A stretch of 64,000 bases of DNA. Origin: Eubacteriales bacterium (GTDB lineage: Bacteria; Bacillota; Clostridia; Oscillospirales; CAG-272). Numbering within the stretch: the stretch's first letter is position 1; the number at the start of each line of letters is the position of its first letter. The position numbers and the translations under genes were made by a program. The notes under the pieces are model-generated. The model worked only from the letters and a program-made list of their open reading frames with translations. It searched no databases and was not told the origin of the DNA. Location of the stretch: positions 48,883 to 112,882 of the forward strand of contig JBGVRT010000120.1 in NCBI GenBank assembly GCA_045128735.1, read 5' to 3'. Shown here piece by piece: positions 21,612 through 31,603 of this stretch.

Positions 21612-22673
21612 ATGGCGGAAAATCTTTTCAATAAACTAAAAAACGGAATATTTAACGTCGATATAGGCATCGATCTGGGAACTGCCAGCGTGCTCGTCTA
21701 CGTAAAAGGACGCGGCATAGTTCTTCACGAGCCCTCCGTTGTCATCGTTGAAAAAGACACCGAGCAGATAATTATGGTTGGTGAAGAAGCGCGTAAGGTG
21801 CTTGGCAGAACCAACGATAAGCAGGAGGTCGTAAGACCGTTGCGCGGCGGCGTAATCAGCCGTTATAACGTAACCCTGCAAATGGTACAGCACTATATAA
21901 AAAAGGCTTGCGGAAATACCCTTGTAAAGCCGAGAGTGCTTGTTTGCATCCCCTCGTGCGCTACCGAGGTGGAGGAGCTTGCGGTTATTGACGCTTCGGT
22001 TCAGGCAGGCGCAAGACAGCCATACCTTGTTGAGGAGCCTCTTGCGGCGGCAATCGGCGCGGGGCTTGACGTTGAAGAAGCACGCGGAAAAATGGTTATC
22101 GACATCGGCGGCGGAACTACCGATATTGCCGTTGTTTCGCTTGACGGAATCGTAAATTCCGAGTCGATAAAAATAGCAGGTGATTCCTTTGACGACGCTA
22201 TTATGCGTTACGTCCGCGAAAAATACGGAGTGGTTATAGGATATCCTACCGCAGAACAGGTAAAAATAAAGATAGGCACGCTGTCGCAGAGTAAGGAAAA
22301 CCGCAGAATAGAGGTTAAGGGCAGATGTATCAAGACCAGAATGCCGAAATCGGTGATACTTTCCTCAAACGAGATACTCGGTGCGCTCTATCAGCCGGTT
22401 ACCGCGATTATCGAGGCTGTTTCGCGCGTGATTATGTCAACTCCCCCCGAGCTTGTAAGCGACATTATTTCCACGGGAATAACCATGACGGGCGGCGGAA
22501 GCCTTCTCCCCGGACTTGACAATCTTATTGAAAGAATCACGGGAATACGTACCCGCGTTGCGCCTAACGCGGTTACCTGCGTTGCGCTTGGAATGGGAAA
22601 ATTGCTTGATACCCTGTCGGACAGACAGGACGGAGCAATAAATATCGCAAGAGATAGAATTAAGAGGGTTTAA
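21612..22673 (+). CDS. mreB: rod-shape-determining protein MreB/Mbl
   Basis: DIGIDLGTASVLVY, DIGGGTTDIAV; actin-like ATPase of 353 aa. Confidence 0.93.
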   Translation: MAENLFNKLKNGIFNVDIGIDLGTASVLVYVKGRGIVLHEPSVVIVEKDTEQIIMVGEEARKVLGRTNDKQEVVRPLRGGVISRYNVTLQMVQHYIKKACGNTLVKPRVLVCIPSCATEVEELAVIDASVQAGARQPYLVEEPLAAAIGAGLDVEEARGKMVIDIGGGTTDIAVVSLDGIVNSESIKIAGDSFDDAIMRYVREKYGVVIGYPTAEQVKIKIGTLSQSKENRRIEVKGRCIKTRMPKSVILSSNEILGALYQPVTAIIEAVSRVIMSTPPELVSDIISTGITMTGGGSLLPGLDNLIERITGIRTRVAPNAVTCVALGMGKLLDTLSDRQDGAINIARDRIKRV

Positions 22674-22674
22674 T

Positions 22675-24111
22675 ATGTCAGAATTAGTTGTTAAAAGCAG
22701 TATTGCACCCCGTATGTTTGAGCTTTTCGAGGAGATATGCAAAATTCCTCACGGCTCGGATAACGAGGCACAGATAGCAGAATATATATCAGATTTCGCA
22801 AAGGAAAGAGGACTTTGGGTTTATAAGGACGAGGCGAATAACGTGCTTGTCCGCAAGAACTCCACAAAGGGCAGAGAAAATGAGCCTATGATTCTTTTGC
22901 AGGGCCATACAGATATGGTCTGCGAAAAGGACGGAAACGTAAATCACGACTTTACTTCCGACGCGCTCAAGCTCTACGTTGACGGTGAGGGCTTTCTCCG
23001 CGCAAAGGGCACCACGCTTGGCGCAGATGACGGCGTGGCGGTGGCTTTGATGCTTGCCGTTCTTGACGGCGCAATCGAATCTCACCCCGCACTTGAGTGC
23101 CTTTTTACCGCAGGCGAGGAGATAGGAATGATAGGCGCGGGAAAATTTGACTTTTCTCTTATAAATGCCAGAAAAATGATAAATATCGACAGCGAGACCG
23201 AGGGCAAGGCGGTCGTGGGATGTGCGGGCGGCGTGAGAAGCGAGCTTTCGCTTCCCATCAAGCGCACCGAAAAGCAGGGCAACGGACTGCGTATAACTGT
23301 CGGCGGTCTTTGCGGCGGTCACTCGGGCGAGGATATCAATAAGGGCAGGGCAAACGCCAACCGCATTATGGGCAGAATCCTTACTGAGCTTTCTTTTAGG
23401 CTCGATATGGGAATTATCAGCATAAACGGCGGTTCAAAGGATAACGCAATTCCGAGAGAGTGCGTTGCAGACGTGTGCGTGCCCGACTTCTTTGAAGCAC
23501 TCCTTGAGGTTGAGGCACTTGCAAAGATAATCAGCAAGGAGCTTTGCACTGACGATAAGGGCTTTTTCTGCAGGGTGGAGCGTTGCGAAAATTCTGCCGT
23601 GCTTGACCTTGAGAGCGAGCAAAAGCTTATGCTTGCGATAAATAATACTCCTTGCGGTGTAATGGAAATGAGCAACGACGTTGACGGACTTGTGGAGTGG
23701 TCGGCAAATCTCGGAGTCGTGGATACTTGCACAGAGCAGGCAAAGCTTACGTTCCTTACCCGTTCAAGCATTGACGAGAGAATAGACTACTCGATGCACG
23801 CCCTTGACAGACTTGCAAAGACGCTTGGCGGAGAGGTCGGACACTTCGGAAGATACACGGGTTGGAGCTACGCAAAGCAGTCACCCGTAAGAGACGCGTA
23901 TATGGCGGCTTACAAGGCGCTGTTCGGTAAGGATGCAGGTGCGGAAATAATCCACGCGGGACTTGAGTGCGGACTCGTTCGCGCAAATATTCCCGATATG
24001 GACATTATTTCCATAGGTCCCGACATTATCGCGCTTCACTCTCCGGGCGAAAAGCTTAATATAGCTTCTGCTGAAAGGCTTTGGACTCTTATTGAGTATA
24101 TGCTGAAATAA
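22675..24111 (+). CDS. pepD: aminoacyl-histidine (Xaa-His) dipeptidase, M20 family
   Basis: 478 aa, LLQGHTDMVCEK, LGADDGVAVA, GEEIGMIGA. Confidence 0.88.
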   Translation: MSELVVKSSIAPRMFELFEEICKIPHGSDNEAQIAEYISDFAKERGLWVYKDEANNVLVRKNSTKGRENEPMILLQGHTDMVCEKDGNVNHDFTSDALKLYVDGEGFLRAKGTTLGADDGVAVALMLAVLDGAIESHPALECLFTAGEEIGMIGAGKFDFSLINARKMINIDSETEGKAVVGCAGGVRSELSLPIKRTEKQGNGLRITVGGLCGGHSGEDINKGRANANRIMGRILTELSFRLDMGIISINGGSKDNAIPRECVADVCVPDFFEALLEVEALAKIISKELCTDDKGFFCRVERCENSAVLDLESEQKLMLAINNTPCGVMEMSNDVDGLVEWSANLGVVDTCTEQAKLTFLTRSSIDERIDYSMHALDRLAKTLGGEVGHFGRYTGWSYAKQSPVRDAYMAAYKALFGKDAGAEIIHAGLECGLVRANIPDMDIISIGPDIIALHSPGEKLNIASAERLWTLIEYMLK

Positions 24112-24112
24112 A

Positions 24113-25411
24113 ATGACAGAACAGACAGAAAAAAAGCCCCGTGAATCGGGGCTTTCGTCAAGTAAAATGATGTTTGTGCTGTGCTTTTTGGTGTACAGCG
24201 CGGCATACGTGGCAAGAGGAAATTTTGCCTACGCACGCTCGACAATGATAGCCGAGGGTGTAATAGATACGGGGCTTGCGGGCATCCTCAGCGCGGTTTA
24301 TTTCGGCTGTTATGCCGTGGGTCAGCTTATAAACGGCGCGGCGGCAGACAGACGTCCGCCCTTTGCACTTGTTTGCGGAGGACTTTGTGCGATTGCCGTA
24401 TCAAATGCGGCAATGATGCTTGAAGTCCCCGTCGTACTCCGAATTCTGATATGGGCACTTAACGGCTTTGGGCAGTCGATGCTCTGGTGTCCGATATTCT
24501 ACATAATATCAAACGTACTACACGGCAAAATAAGATTTTTTGCTATAACCGCAATAACGCTGACCACCCCAATAGGCAAGGCATCCTGTGCTTGGCTGTC
24601 GGGCTTGGCGGTGAGGTCGCAGAAGTGGCAGAACGTATTTCTTATGTCGGCTTCGGTTATCGTTGGCGTGCTTTGCCTGTGGATAGTCGGTATGCTGACC
24701 GTAAGGAAAAATCTTGTCGTTTCGCAAAGCCTGAAAAAATCCGAATCGGAGACAACCGAAAAAAGCAACGGACTTTTTGAGATGCTTTCAAGGAGCGGAA
24801 TGCTGCTTATGCTTCCCGCAATGCTTGTTTACGGACTTTTCTTAAATGGCGTAGTCGAGCTTATTCCCACGATTCTTTCAAATGAATACGGACTCTCTCC
24901 TACAGCGGCGGCGTGGCTCGATTCGCTTGTTCCCATACTCGGCTCGCTTGGGGTTATAGCCGCAAACTTCGTTTATATCAAAATGTTTAAGCGTAACGAG
25001 ATGAAAAGCGCACTTTTTACAATGTCGGTGTCAATAGCTCCTATGCTCGTAATGCTTGCACTGGCTCTCGGAGGGGGGAACGGTACTTTGTTTGGCAGAT
25101 ATGCAGACTCGGCGGCGTTTGTCATCACTTACGGTCTTGTTTATATCCTTCAGCTTTCCTTCGGGCATTTCAGCGTCTCGCTTGCGCCCATGCACTTTTC
25201 AAGATTCGGTCTGGCGGCAACAATGTCGGGGCTTGTTAATGCAGTAGGCTACGGCGGAAGCGCGCTCGCATCCTACGTTATGAGCTACGCAGTTGAGCGA
25301 TTGCCTCTTTGGCAAACCGTGAGTATATGGATAGCCTGCCTTGTTGCGGCAAGTCTGCTCCTTGTTCTCGCATTGTTGAAGTGGAATAAATTTAAGGAGC
25401 TGTATTCTTAA
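24113..25411 (+). CDS. MFS transporter
   Basis: 432 aa and strongly hydrophobic, with roughly 12 helices by eye. Substrate unknown. Confidence 0.7.
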   Translation: MTEQTEKKPRESGLSSSKMMFVLCFLVYSAAYVARGNFAYARSTMIAEGVIDTGLAGILSAVYFGCYAVGQLINGAAADRRPPFALVCGGLCAIAVSNAAMMLEVPVVLRILIWALNGFGQSMLWCPIFYIISNVLHGKIRFFAITAITLTTPIGKASCAWLSGLAVRSQKWQNVFLMSASVIVGVLCLWIVGMLTVRKNLVVSQSLKKSESETTEKSNGLFEMLSRSGMLLMLPAMLVYGLFLNGVVELIPTILSNEYGLSPTAAAWLDSLVPILGSLGVIAANFVYIKMFKRNEMKSALFTMSVSIAPMLVMLALALGGGNGTLFGRYADSAAFVITYGLVYILQLSFGHFSVSLAPMHFSRFGLAATMSGLVNAVGYGGSALASYVMSYAVERLPLWQTVSIWIACLVAASLLLVLALLKWNKFKELYS

Positions 25412-25428
25412 CGAATCAGCTCCTTTTG
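25394..25428 (+). terminator. terminator overlapping the MFS stop codon
   Basis: AAGGAGCTG-N14-CAGCTCCTT followed by TT; the TAA stop lies in the loop. Confidence 0.65.
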
Positions 25429-25447
25429 CGTTTAACGGCAAATATTT

Positions 25448-26611
25448 TTACATCAATATTTCTTTGGTTATTTTGGAGATTTGCTCGCAGTATTCCGAAG
25501 TTCCCGAAATGATAACCGTATCATTTTCGCCAAGAGTGGAAATCAACTCGCGTAGGATCTTTCTTGCACCCTTTTCAGCAATCTCGGTCACCTTTGCGTC
25601 ACGCCCCATAAGCGCAAATTCCTCGGATATTCTGCGCCTTCCGCCTTCGCAAATTACAGTTGGATTTTTGCTTATAAACGAGGATTGCATTTTCAGCGTC
25701 TCAATAAGCCTTCTGCGGCGGTTTTCGCTGTCGGCGCGGTCAACTATGATCGTCGGCATAACCGAAAGCATCTCAAACCTTAAGGGGATACCCTGACCGA
25801 GCACGGCAGAGCAGATATCTACGTTGGATATCCTGAAACCAAGACGGCTGAGCGCCTCTGCCGCTTCAATTACGGTAAGCATATTGTAAATCTGATAATA
25901 CGCGCCCGTGCCGATTGAATATAACTTTGTCTGATAGGTGAATTCTATCCGCTTGAGCGAAGCAGACATAAATATGAAGGCGTTTCTGAGCGGCATCGAA
26001 AGTCGGCAGTTTATTTCGGCGCACTTGTCGAAAATTATTTTGTATATCTCGCGTGATTGCATCGCGGTAACCGTCTCACCCGTCTGCCTGTCAAGTCTCG
26101 CGCAAATTTCACGCGCTGCTTTTTGGTCGTTGATTGTGGTTATTATCGTAAGCAGAGGAGCATCAATCGCCGAATACGCCGCCGTGTCGGTCTCTATTAT
26201 CGCGAAATCGCAGTTGCAGGCATCAAAAGCCAGAAGCGCAATGGCAATAAGCATATCCTGTGCCGATGGGGAAAAATCAGCGTCCTCTTTTCTGACTTCC
26301 GCAATAGCGTTTTTTACCTTTTCTGCCGAGTCGGTGAAAAGGTCGATGGATATGGGCTTTTCGTCTACGCACACGCTTTCGCGTACCGAATGAATGAAGG
26401 GCGTTGTCAGTCTTCCGACTCTGTAGCCCGCCGCGCTGACAGCGGCAGAGAGAAGAATTACCGTCGAGCTTTTTCCCGACTCGCCCATAACCTTGATAAC
26501 CCTCGTCCTTTTTTCGGGCGAATCAATGGCGGCGCATAGCTTTTTTGCTGCATCTGGCGAGCTGATGTGGGGCGCGGCAAGTATCATTTTTTCAGCGTTG
26601 GTGTAGGTCAT
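25448..26611 (-). CDS. Mur-ligase-family protein, FolC (folylpolyglutamate synthase)-like
   Basis: 387 aa. VMGESGKSSTVILLSAAVSAAGYRVGRLTTPFI parallels the FolC block H..GTNGKGS...GY.VG..TSPHL. The P-loop is divergent and the protein is shorter than typical FolC. Confidence 0.6.
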   Translation of the reverse strand: MTYTNAEKMILAAPHISSPDAAKKLCAAIDSPEKRTRVIKVMGESGKSSTVILLSAAVSAAGYRVGRLTTPFIHSVRESVCVDEKPISIDLFTDSAEKVKNAIAEVRKEDADFSPSAQDMLIAIALLAFDACNCDFAIIETDTAAYSAIDAPLLTIITTINDQKAAREICARLDRQTGETVTAMQSREIYKIIFDKCAEINCRLSMPLRNAFIFMSASLKRIEFTYQTKLYSIGTGAYYQIYNMLTVIEAAEALSRLGFRISNVDICSAVLGQGIPLRFEMLSVMPTIIVDRADSENRRRRLIETLKMQSSFISKNPTVICEGGRRRISEEFALMGRDAKVTEIAEKGARKILRELISTLGENDTVIISGTSEYCEQISKITKEILM

Positions 26612-27780
26612 TTTTCACCGCCAAGCAGGAATTTTTTTGCCTCGTTGTATTCTTTGAGCGCGTCGCGGCAGCGCTGTGCCTCGGGAGAATATCTCTTTAC
26701 GGCGCGGAGCATAATGTTTTTCGGTGTCTCCTCGGGGTCAATAAGCTCAAGGGCGTCGGTGATATAGCCGTTTGCCTCAAGGAGCTTGAGACGAAGCGAG
26801 TCGGTCAGCGCGTCGCAAAGCTTTTGACGGAGCATAGAATGCTCGGTAACAAACGAAAGAGCAGGGCAGTTTATGGTGTGATTTAGTTCGTGGTGACAGC
26901 AGGGAGTTGAAAGTATGACTCTTGCGCCCCAATCCATAGCCTTTCCAAGAACTATATCTGTTGCCGTGTCGCAGGCGTGAAGCGAGATTACAAGCGATGG
27001 CGCGCCCTCGGGCTCGTATTTGGTAATGTCGCCGCAAATAAAGCTTAAACCGTCAAAACCGAGAAGCTGACAAACGCCGTTGCAGTAGTCGATAACGTCA
27101 GCCTTAAGGTCAACACCCGTCATTATAACATCTCTGCCAAGTACGTTCTTAAGATAGTGATACGCCGCAAAGGAAAGATAGCTCTTGCCGCAGCAGAGGT
27201 CGCAAACGCGGAGCACGCCCTTGTCGGGGAGATACTTTACAACGTCGCGGATATGCTCGAGAAATCTGTTTATCTGCTTGAATTTTGAACGTCTGCGGTC
27301 AAACACCCGTCCGTTCTCGTCGCTGACTCCCAAAAGCTTGAGAAACGGCTCGTTTCCGCTTAGAATATGAGTTTTTCCGTCGTCGTTGCCACGGTCTGGA
27401 AGAGTCTCCTCAATATCTCCCTCAAGCTTTGCGAACAGCTTTTTGTCACCGATAAGAGTGACCTTGCCGCTTTTTGCGCGCTTAAGCTCGGCATCACCCG
27501 CAGTGGTTATAAGGTTTACCTGCGAAAAGCCGCCAAGAAGCTCGGCAACGCTGTCCACGTCGGTTACCGAGACGTTTTGGTGGAGTGCCTTGTTGTCGGC
27601 TGTGAAGCGCTCTGCTTGAAGCACCTCCTTGCCCGAAATCAGCTTTTTGGTTATAACCGTACGCAGAGTCGTTTTGTCGAAAGGCTTTGAAAGTACGGCT
27701 TTTTTTAATATTTTTTTCTGCGCGCAAAGCGAAATAAGTTCGGCAAAGCGCACTTCGGGGGATGTGGTGTTAGTTTCCAT
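26608..27780 (-). CDS. SAM-dependent methyltransferase with an uncharacterised N-terminal domain
   Basis: 390 aa. VCDLCCGKSYLSF...GVDLK...HACDTATD pattern (Methyltransf_32-like). Overlaps the downstream gene by 4 nt. Confidence 0.65.
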   Translation of the reverse strand: METNTTSPEVRFAELISLCAQKKILKKAVLSKPFDKTTLRTVITKKLISGKEVLQAERFTADNKALHQNVSVTDVDSVAELLGGFSQVNLITTAGDAELKRAKSGKVTLIGDKKLFAKLEGDIEETLPDRGNDDGKTHILSGNEPFLKLLGVSDENGRVFDRRRSKFKQINRFLEHIRDVVKYLPDKGVLRVCDLCCGKSYLSFAAYHYLKNVLGRDVIMTGVDLKADVIDYCNGVCQLLGFDGLSFICGDITKYEPEGAPSLVISLHACDTATDIVLGKAMDWGARVILSTPCCHHELNHTINCPALSFVTEHSMLRQKLCDALTDSLRLKLLEANGYITDALELIDPEETPKNIMLRAVKRYSPEAQRCRDALKEYNEAKKFLLGGEK

Positions 27781-27791
27781 TTTAACCTCGG

Positions 27792-28526
27792 TTATTTGTT
27801 TTCGCTCTCTTTGTCCTCGCCCTCGGCAGAGGTCTTTTTGTGACTCTTGAAGGAGATTTTCGACTCCTTGCCCTCGCGAAGTCGCTTAATGTTGGAACGG
27901 TGCATAAAAATTACAAGTGCCGCAACGATTGCCGCGCAGATAACGTTAAATCCAGTATTTCCAAAGCGTGAAAGAACAAAGGGGTAAATCAGCATACACA
28001 TAACCGAGCCGAGCGAAACGTACTTGGTTCCGATAACGATAATAAGAAATACAAGGAAAAGAATAGCAAAAACAATGGGATTTGTAACGAGTACGACCAT
28101 TGCCGTAGTTGCTACGCCCTTGCCGCCCTTGAACTTGTAGAAGCATGGGAACATATGCCCGAGTACAACGAAAAGTCCCGCAATAGACGCGCCTATGTCG
28201 GCAAAAATAAGCATACCGAACCAAACCGAAAGCGCACCCTTGAGCATATCGCAGATAAGCGTTGCCGCCGCAGGGAGCTTTCCGTAGGTGCGGAGCATAT
28301 TCGTCATTCCCGCGTTGCCGCTGCCGTATTTTCTGATGTCGTCGCGGTAGAAAAGCTTTGAAATGATTATCGCAAAGTTAAGGCTTCCCAGAATATATGG
28401 AACTATCATACAAATGAGTACTCCGCCAAGGACGAGAGCCCAGAGCGCCCCGCCGTCAAGCGAGTGAGTATGTATAAGATTTGTCACAAGACTGTTTGCG
28501 TAGGTTGCAAGATTTTCAGCGTTCAT
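27792..28526 (-). CDS. plsY: glycerol-3-phosphate acyltransferase PlsY
   Basis: ILGSLNFAIIISKLF...GSGNAGMTN; a 244-aa membrane protein with a basic C-terminal extension. Confidence 0.9.
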   Translation of the reverse strand: MNAENLATYANSLVTNLIHTHSLDGGALWALVLGGVLICMIVPYILGSLNFAIIISKLFYRDDIRKYGSGNAGMTNMLRTYGKLPAAATLICDMLKGALSVWFGMLIFADIGASIAGLFVVLGHMFPCFYKFKGGKGVATTAMVVLVTNPIVFAILFLVFLIIVIGTKYVSLGSVMCMLIYPFVLSRFGNTGFNVICAAIVAALVIFMHRSNIKRLREGKESKISFKSHKKTSAEGEDKESENK

Positions 28527-28541
28527 ATTGATTTCCTTTCG

Positions 28542-28775
28542 TTATTTCCTGTTGCGTTTGAAAATGTTTTTCGTCCTTGCGGAAAGGTCCTTTTTGCGTT
28601 TTTCTGTCTCATCTTCAAGAGGAGTGACCGAAATCAGCTTGCCGTCTTTGTCAAATTCGGCAAGAACAATAAGCCCCTCGGCAAGTCCCTCTGCGGAAAG
28701 CTCGTATTTTTTGTCACCGCCGTAGCAAACGGCAATACCTCCCTCAATGCGGTCAACAGAAAGCTTTATTTCCAC
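28542..28775 (-). CDS. DUF3006-like small protein
   Basis: (M)EIKLSVDRIEGGIAVCYGG... Start placed at GTG 28775 behind TTGGAGGTG; the ORF-track extension to 28910 is AT-rich promoter sequence. Confidence 0.65.
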   Translation of the reverse strand: MEIKLSVDRIEGGIAVCYGGDKKYELSAEGLAEGLIVLAEFDKDGKLISVTPLEDETEKRKKDLSARTKNIFKRNRK

Positions 28776-28865
28776 AAAAAACACCTCCAAAATCGCAAAA
28801 TTCCGCGTGTTATTTTTAATTATATCATATTTTGAAAAAATATTCAATATTTTTTTCAATATTCT

Positions 28866-28894
28866 TTGACATTCGGAGAGATTAGTGGTATAAT
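28866..28894 (+). promoter_or_regulatory. galT promoter
   Basis: TTGACA (28866-28871), 17-nt spacer, TGgTATAAT (-10 at 28889-28894). Confidence 0.65.
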
Positions 28895-28927
28895 TAAGTC
28901 GTATGAACATCGAAAGGACTTTTTTGT

Positions 28928-30424
28928 ATGAGAAATATTTGCAATTTGATATGTGACCTTGTGGATTATGCTCTTGAGCACGGACTTATCGAGGAGTGCG
29001 ACAGAGTTTACGCCACCAACAGAATTCTTGAAAAGCTTGGCGTGTCCGACTACGCACCCGAAGCTCACGAAAAGCTTACCGAGCTTGAGGATATACTCGG
29101 CGGAATCTGCGACTACGCCGCAGAGCAGGGAATTTGCGAAAACAGCGTTGTTTACCGCGACCTTTTCGATACCGCCGTTATGGGACAGATAACCCCCCGT
29201 CCCTCAGAGGTAATCGCCAAGTTTAATTCGCTTTATGCCGAGTCACCCGAAAAGGCGACCGACTATTTCTATAAGCTCGCCCTTGACAGCGACTATATCC
29301 GTACCTACCGCGTTAAAAAGGACCTTAAGTGGAAAACTCCCTCGGAGTACGGCGAAATAGATATAACCGTAAACCTTTCCAAGCCAGAGAAGGACCCCAA
29401 GGCTATTGCCGCCGCAAAGCTTCTTCCTCAAAGCGGATACCCCAAATGCCTTCTTTGTCACGAAAACGAGGGCTATGCGGGCAACGCGGGTAAGCCCGCA
29501 AGACAGACGCTCCGTCAGATTCCTATGACTATGGCAGGACAGCAGTGGTATCTTCAGTATTCCCCCTACGTTTATTATAACGAGCATTGCATAGCTCTTT
29601 CGGGCGAGCATACGCCTATGAAGATAGACCGTTCCACTTTCGTAAAGCTCCTTGATTTCGTTGAGCTTTTCCCCCACTATTTCCTTGGCTCAAATGCCGA
29701 CCTTCCCATCGTGGGCGGTTCAATACTTTCCCACGACCATATGCAGGGCGGTCACTATACCTTTGCAATGGAGCGCGCGCCTATTGAAGAAAAGATAAGC
29801 TTCAAAGGCTTTGACGGCGTTGAGGCAGGAATTGTAAAATGGCCGATGTCGGTAATCAGACTTCGTTCAAATGATAAGAACGCGCTCGTTGAGCTTGCCG
29901 ATAAAATTCTCCTTGCGTGGAGAGGATACACCGACGAGTCAGCGTTTGTATTTGCCGAAACCGACGGTGAGCCCCACAATACGGTAACTCCCATTGCGAG
30001 AACCTCGGGCGGTATGCTTGAGCTTGATTTGGTTCTTCGTAACAATATTACAACAGAGGAGCATCCTCTCGGCGTATTCCACCCTCACGAGAAGCTTCAC
30101 AATATCAAGAAGGAAAATATCGGACTTATTGAGGTAATGGGCCTTGCGGTACTTCCCTCAAGACTTAAGGCAGAGATTGAATTGCTTTGCGACGCGATCC
30201 TTGGCGGCAAGAATATTGCCGACGTTGCCGAGATAGAAAAGCATGCCGAGTGGTTCTCAGAGTTTGCCGATAAGTATGAATTTACAAAGGATAACGTAAA
30301 GGAAATTATCAAATCCGAGATTGGTAAGACCTTCGTAAAGGTTCTTGAGGATGCAGGCGTCTATAAGCGCACAGCCGAGGGCAAGGCAGCATTCCTTAAG
30401 TTCGTCGAATACGTTAATAACTAA
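28928..30424 (+). CDS. galT: UDP-glucose--hexose-1-phosphate uridylyltransferase (type 2 GalT)
   Basis: 498 aa (the long Firmicute type), GGSILSHDHMQGGH motif. Confidence 0.9.
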   Translation: MRNICNLICDLVDYALEHGLIEECDRVYATNRILEKLGVSDYAPEAHEKLTELEDILGGICDYAAEQGICENSVVYRDLFDTAVMGQITPRPSEVIAKFNSLYAESPEKATDYFYKLALDSDYIRTYRVKKDLKWKTPSEYGEIDITVNLSKPEKDPKAIAAAKLLPQSGYPKCLLCHENEGYAGNAGKPARQTLRQIPMTMAGQQWYLQYSPYVYYNEHCIALSGEHTPMKIDRSTFVKLLDFVELFPHYFLGSNADLPIVGGSILSHDHMQGGHYTFAMERAPIEEKISFKGFDGVEAGIVKWPMSVIRLRSNDKNALVELADKILLAWRGYTDESAFVFAETDGEPHNTVTPIARTSGGMLELDLVLRNNITTEEHPLGVFHPHEKLHNIKKENIGLIEVMGLAVLPSRLKAEIELLCDAILGGKNIADVAEIEKHAEWFSEFADKYEFTKDNVKEIIKSEIGKTFVKVLEDAGVYKRTAEGKAAFLKFVEYVNN

Positions 30425-30432
30425 AACATATG

Positions 30433-30482
30433 ACCTCCGTTAAGTTTTCTGCATAAAATGTATTGAAAACTGTAACGGAGGT
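30433..30482 (+). promoter_or_regulatory. hairpin whose 3' arm contains the SD of the next gene
   Basis: ACCTCCGTTA (30433-30442) pairs with TAACGGAGGT (30473-30482), followed by TTTT and then ATG 30487. Confidence 0.5.
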
Positions 30483-30486
30483 TTTT

Positions 30487-31536
30487 ATGGATAACGTAAA
30501 TTGCAAAAGATATTTCGGCGCGTCAAACAGCGCGTCGGGCTTTGTGAACTACTTTCTGCAGATATTTTGCGCCCGCACCTGCTCACGTATATACGTGATA
30601 AAGGGCGGACCGGGAACGGGGAAAAGCCGCTTTATGCGTGAGGTGGCAAATGAAGCGGAGGCGCGCGGAATGACGGTAAAATATTATTACTGCTCGTCCG
30701 ACGCAGATTCGCTTGACGGAATTATTATTGAGGAAATGCGCATAGGACTTGTTGACGGCACAGCCCCTCACGTGTGCGAACCTACACTCGTCGGGGCTTT
30801 TGAGCAGATAATAAATCTCGGTGAATTCTGGGACGAAAAAAAGCTTGCCATAGAGAGGGAGAGAATAGCCGAGCTGTCGCAGAAAAAGTCAAATGCCTAC
30901 AGCCGCGCGTATTTTTTGCTGTCGGCTTACGGCGGAATTGAGAAAGCAATCGAAAGTAAGCTTTTGCCCTGCATAAATACCAAAAAGCTCAATTCCGCGG
31001 TAAAACGCCTGCTTCACAAATTACCGCAAGGGAGCGGTGAGGCGTGTGAAATTGCCTTGCGCTCCTCTGTGGGAATGAGCGGAGAACGAAGCTTTGACAG
31101 CTATGAGCGAGAGTCAAAGATATTGTTTTCCGTAACCGACTGCCACAGTACGGCTCATTTCGTTATGCGCGCAATACTTGACGAAGCTAAAGCGAGGGAT
31201 ATGTCGCTTTGTGTGTCCTACGACCCGATAATGAGTGAGTCACCCGACGCCATAATGCTTAAGGATTGCGGAATTTCCTTTGTTTGCGGAGATTGCGGTG
31301 AAAGAGTGATAAACTCCAAACGCTTTGTTGACGAGGAAAAATTCAGAGAGGTCAAGGACGGAGTAAAAGCTCTTGAGAGCGAGTGCAGGGCACTGCGCAG
31401 AGCCGCACTTCAGACGTTTGCCGAGGTTAAAAAGTACCATTTCGAGCTTGAGGATATCTATATTTCGGCTATGGATTTTGAGCGCAAGGAACAATACACA
31501 CGCGAATTTATCAAAAATCTGTTTTTATTTGATTAA
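30487..31536 (+). CDS. P-loop NTPase of unknown function
   Basis: Walker A GGPGTGKS; start at ATG 30487 behind ACGGAGG. No specific family name can be supported. Confidence 0.6.
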   Translation: MDNVNCKRYFGASNSASGFVNYFLQIFCARTCSRIYVIKGGPGTGKSRFMREVANEAEARGMTVKYYYCSSDADSLDGIIIEEMRIGLVDGTAPHVCEPTLVGAFEQIINLGEFWDEKKLAIERERIAELSQKKSNAYSRAYFLLSAYGGIEKAIESKLLPCINTKKLNSAVKRLLHKLPQGSGEACEIALRSSVGMSGERSFDSYERESKILFSVTDCHSTAHFVMRAILDEAKARDMSLCVSYDPIMSESPDAIMLKDCGISFVCGDCGERVINSKRFVDEEKFREVKDGVKALESECRALRRAALQTFAEVKKYHFELEDIYISAMDFERKEQYTREFIKNLFLFD

Positions 31537-31603
31537 GCCCTTGATTTTACAACCGTAATGTGATAAAATTATAAAGACATAACTAAACGAAAGTGAAAAG
31601 GTA

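Noticed and set aside
28881-28894. 14-nt identity ATTAGTGGTATAAT between the galT promoter and the GntR-operon promoter (minus strand of 36756-36769)
   Set aside because: Nine of the 14 nt are simply the extended -10 consensus TGGTATAAT. The extra ATTAG in the GntR promoter is part of its operator arm, and the rest of the palindrome is absent at galT.
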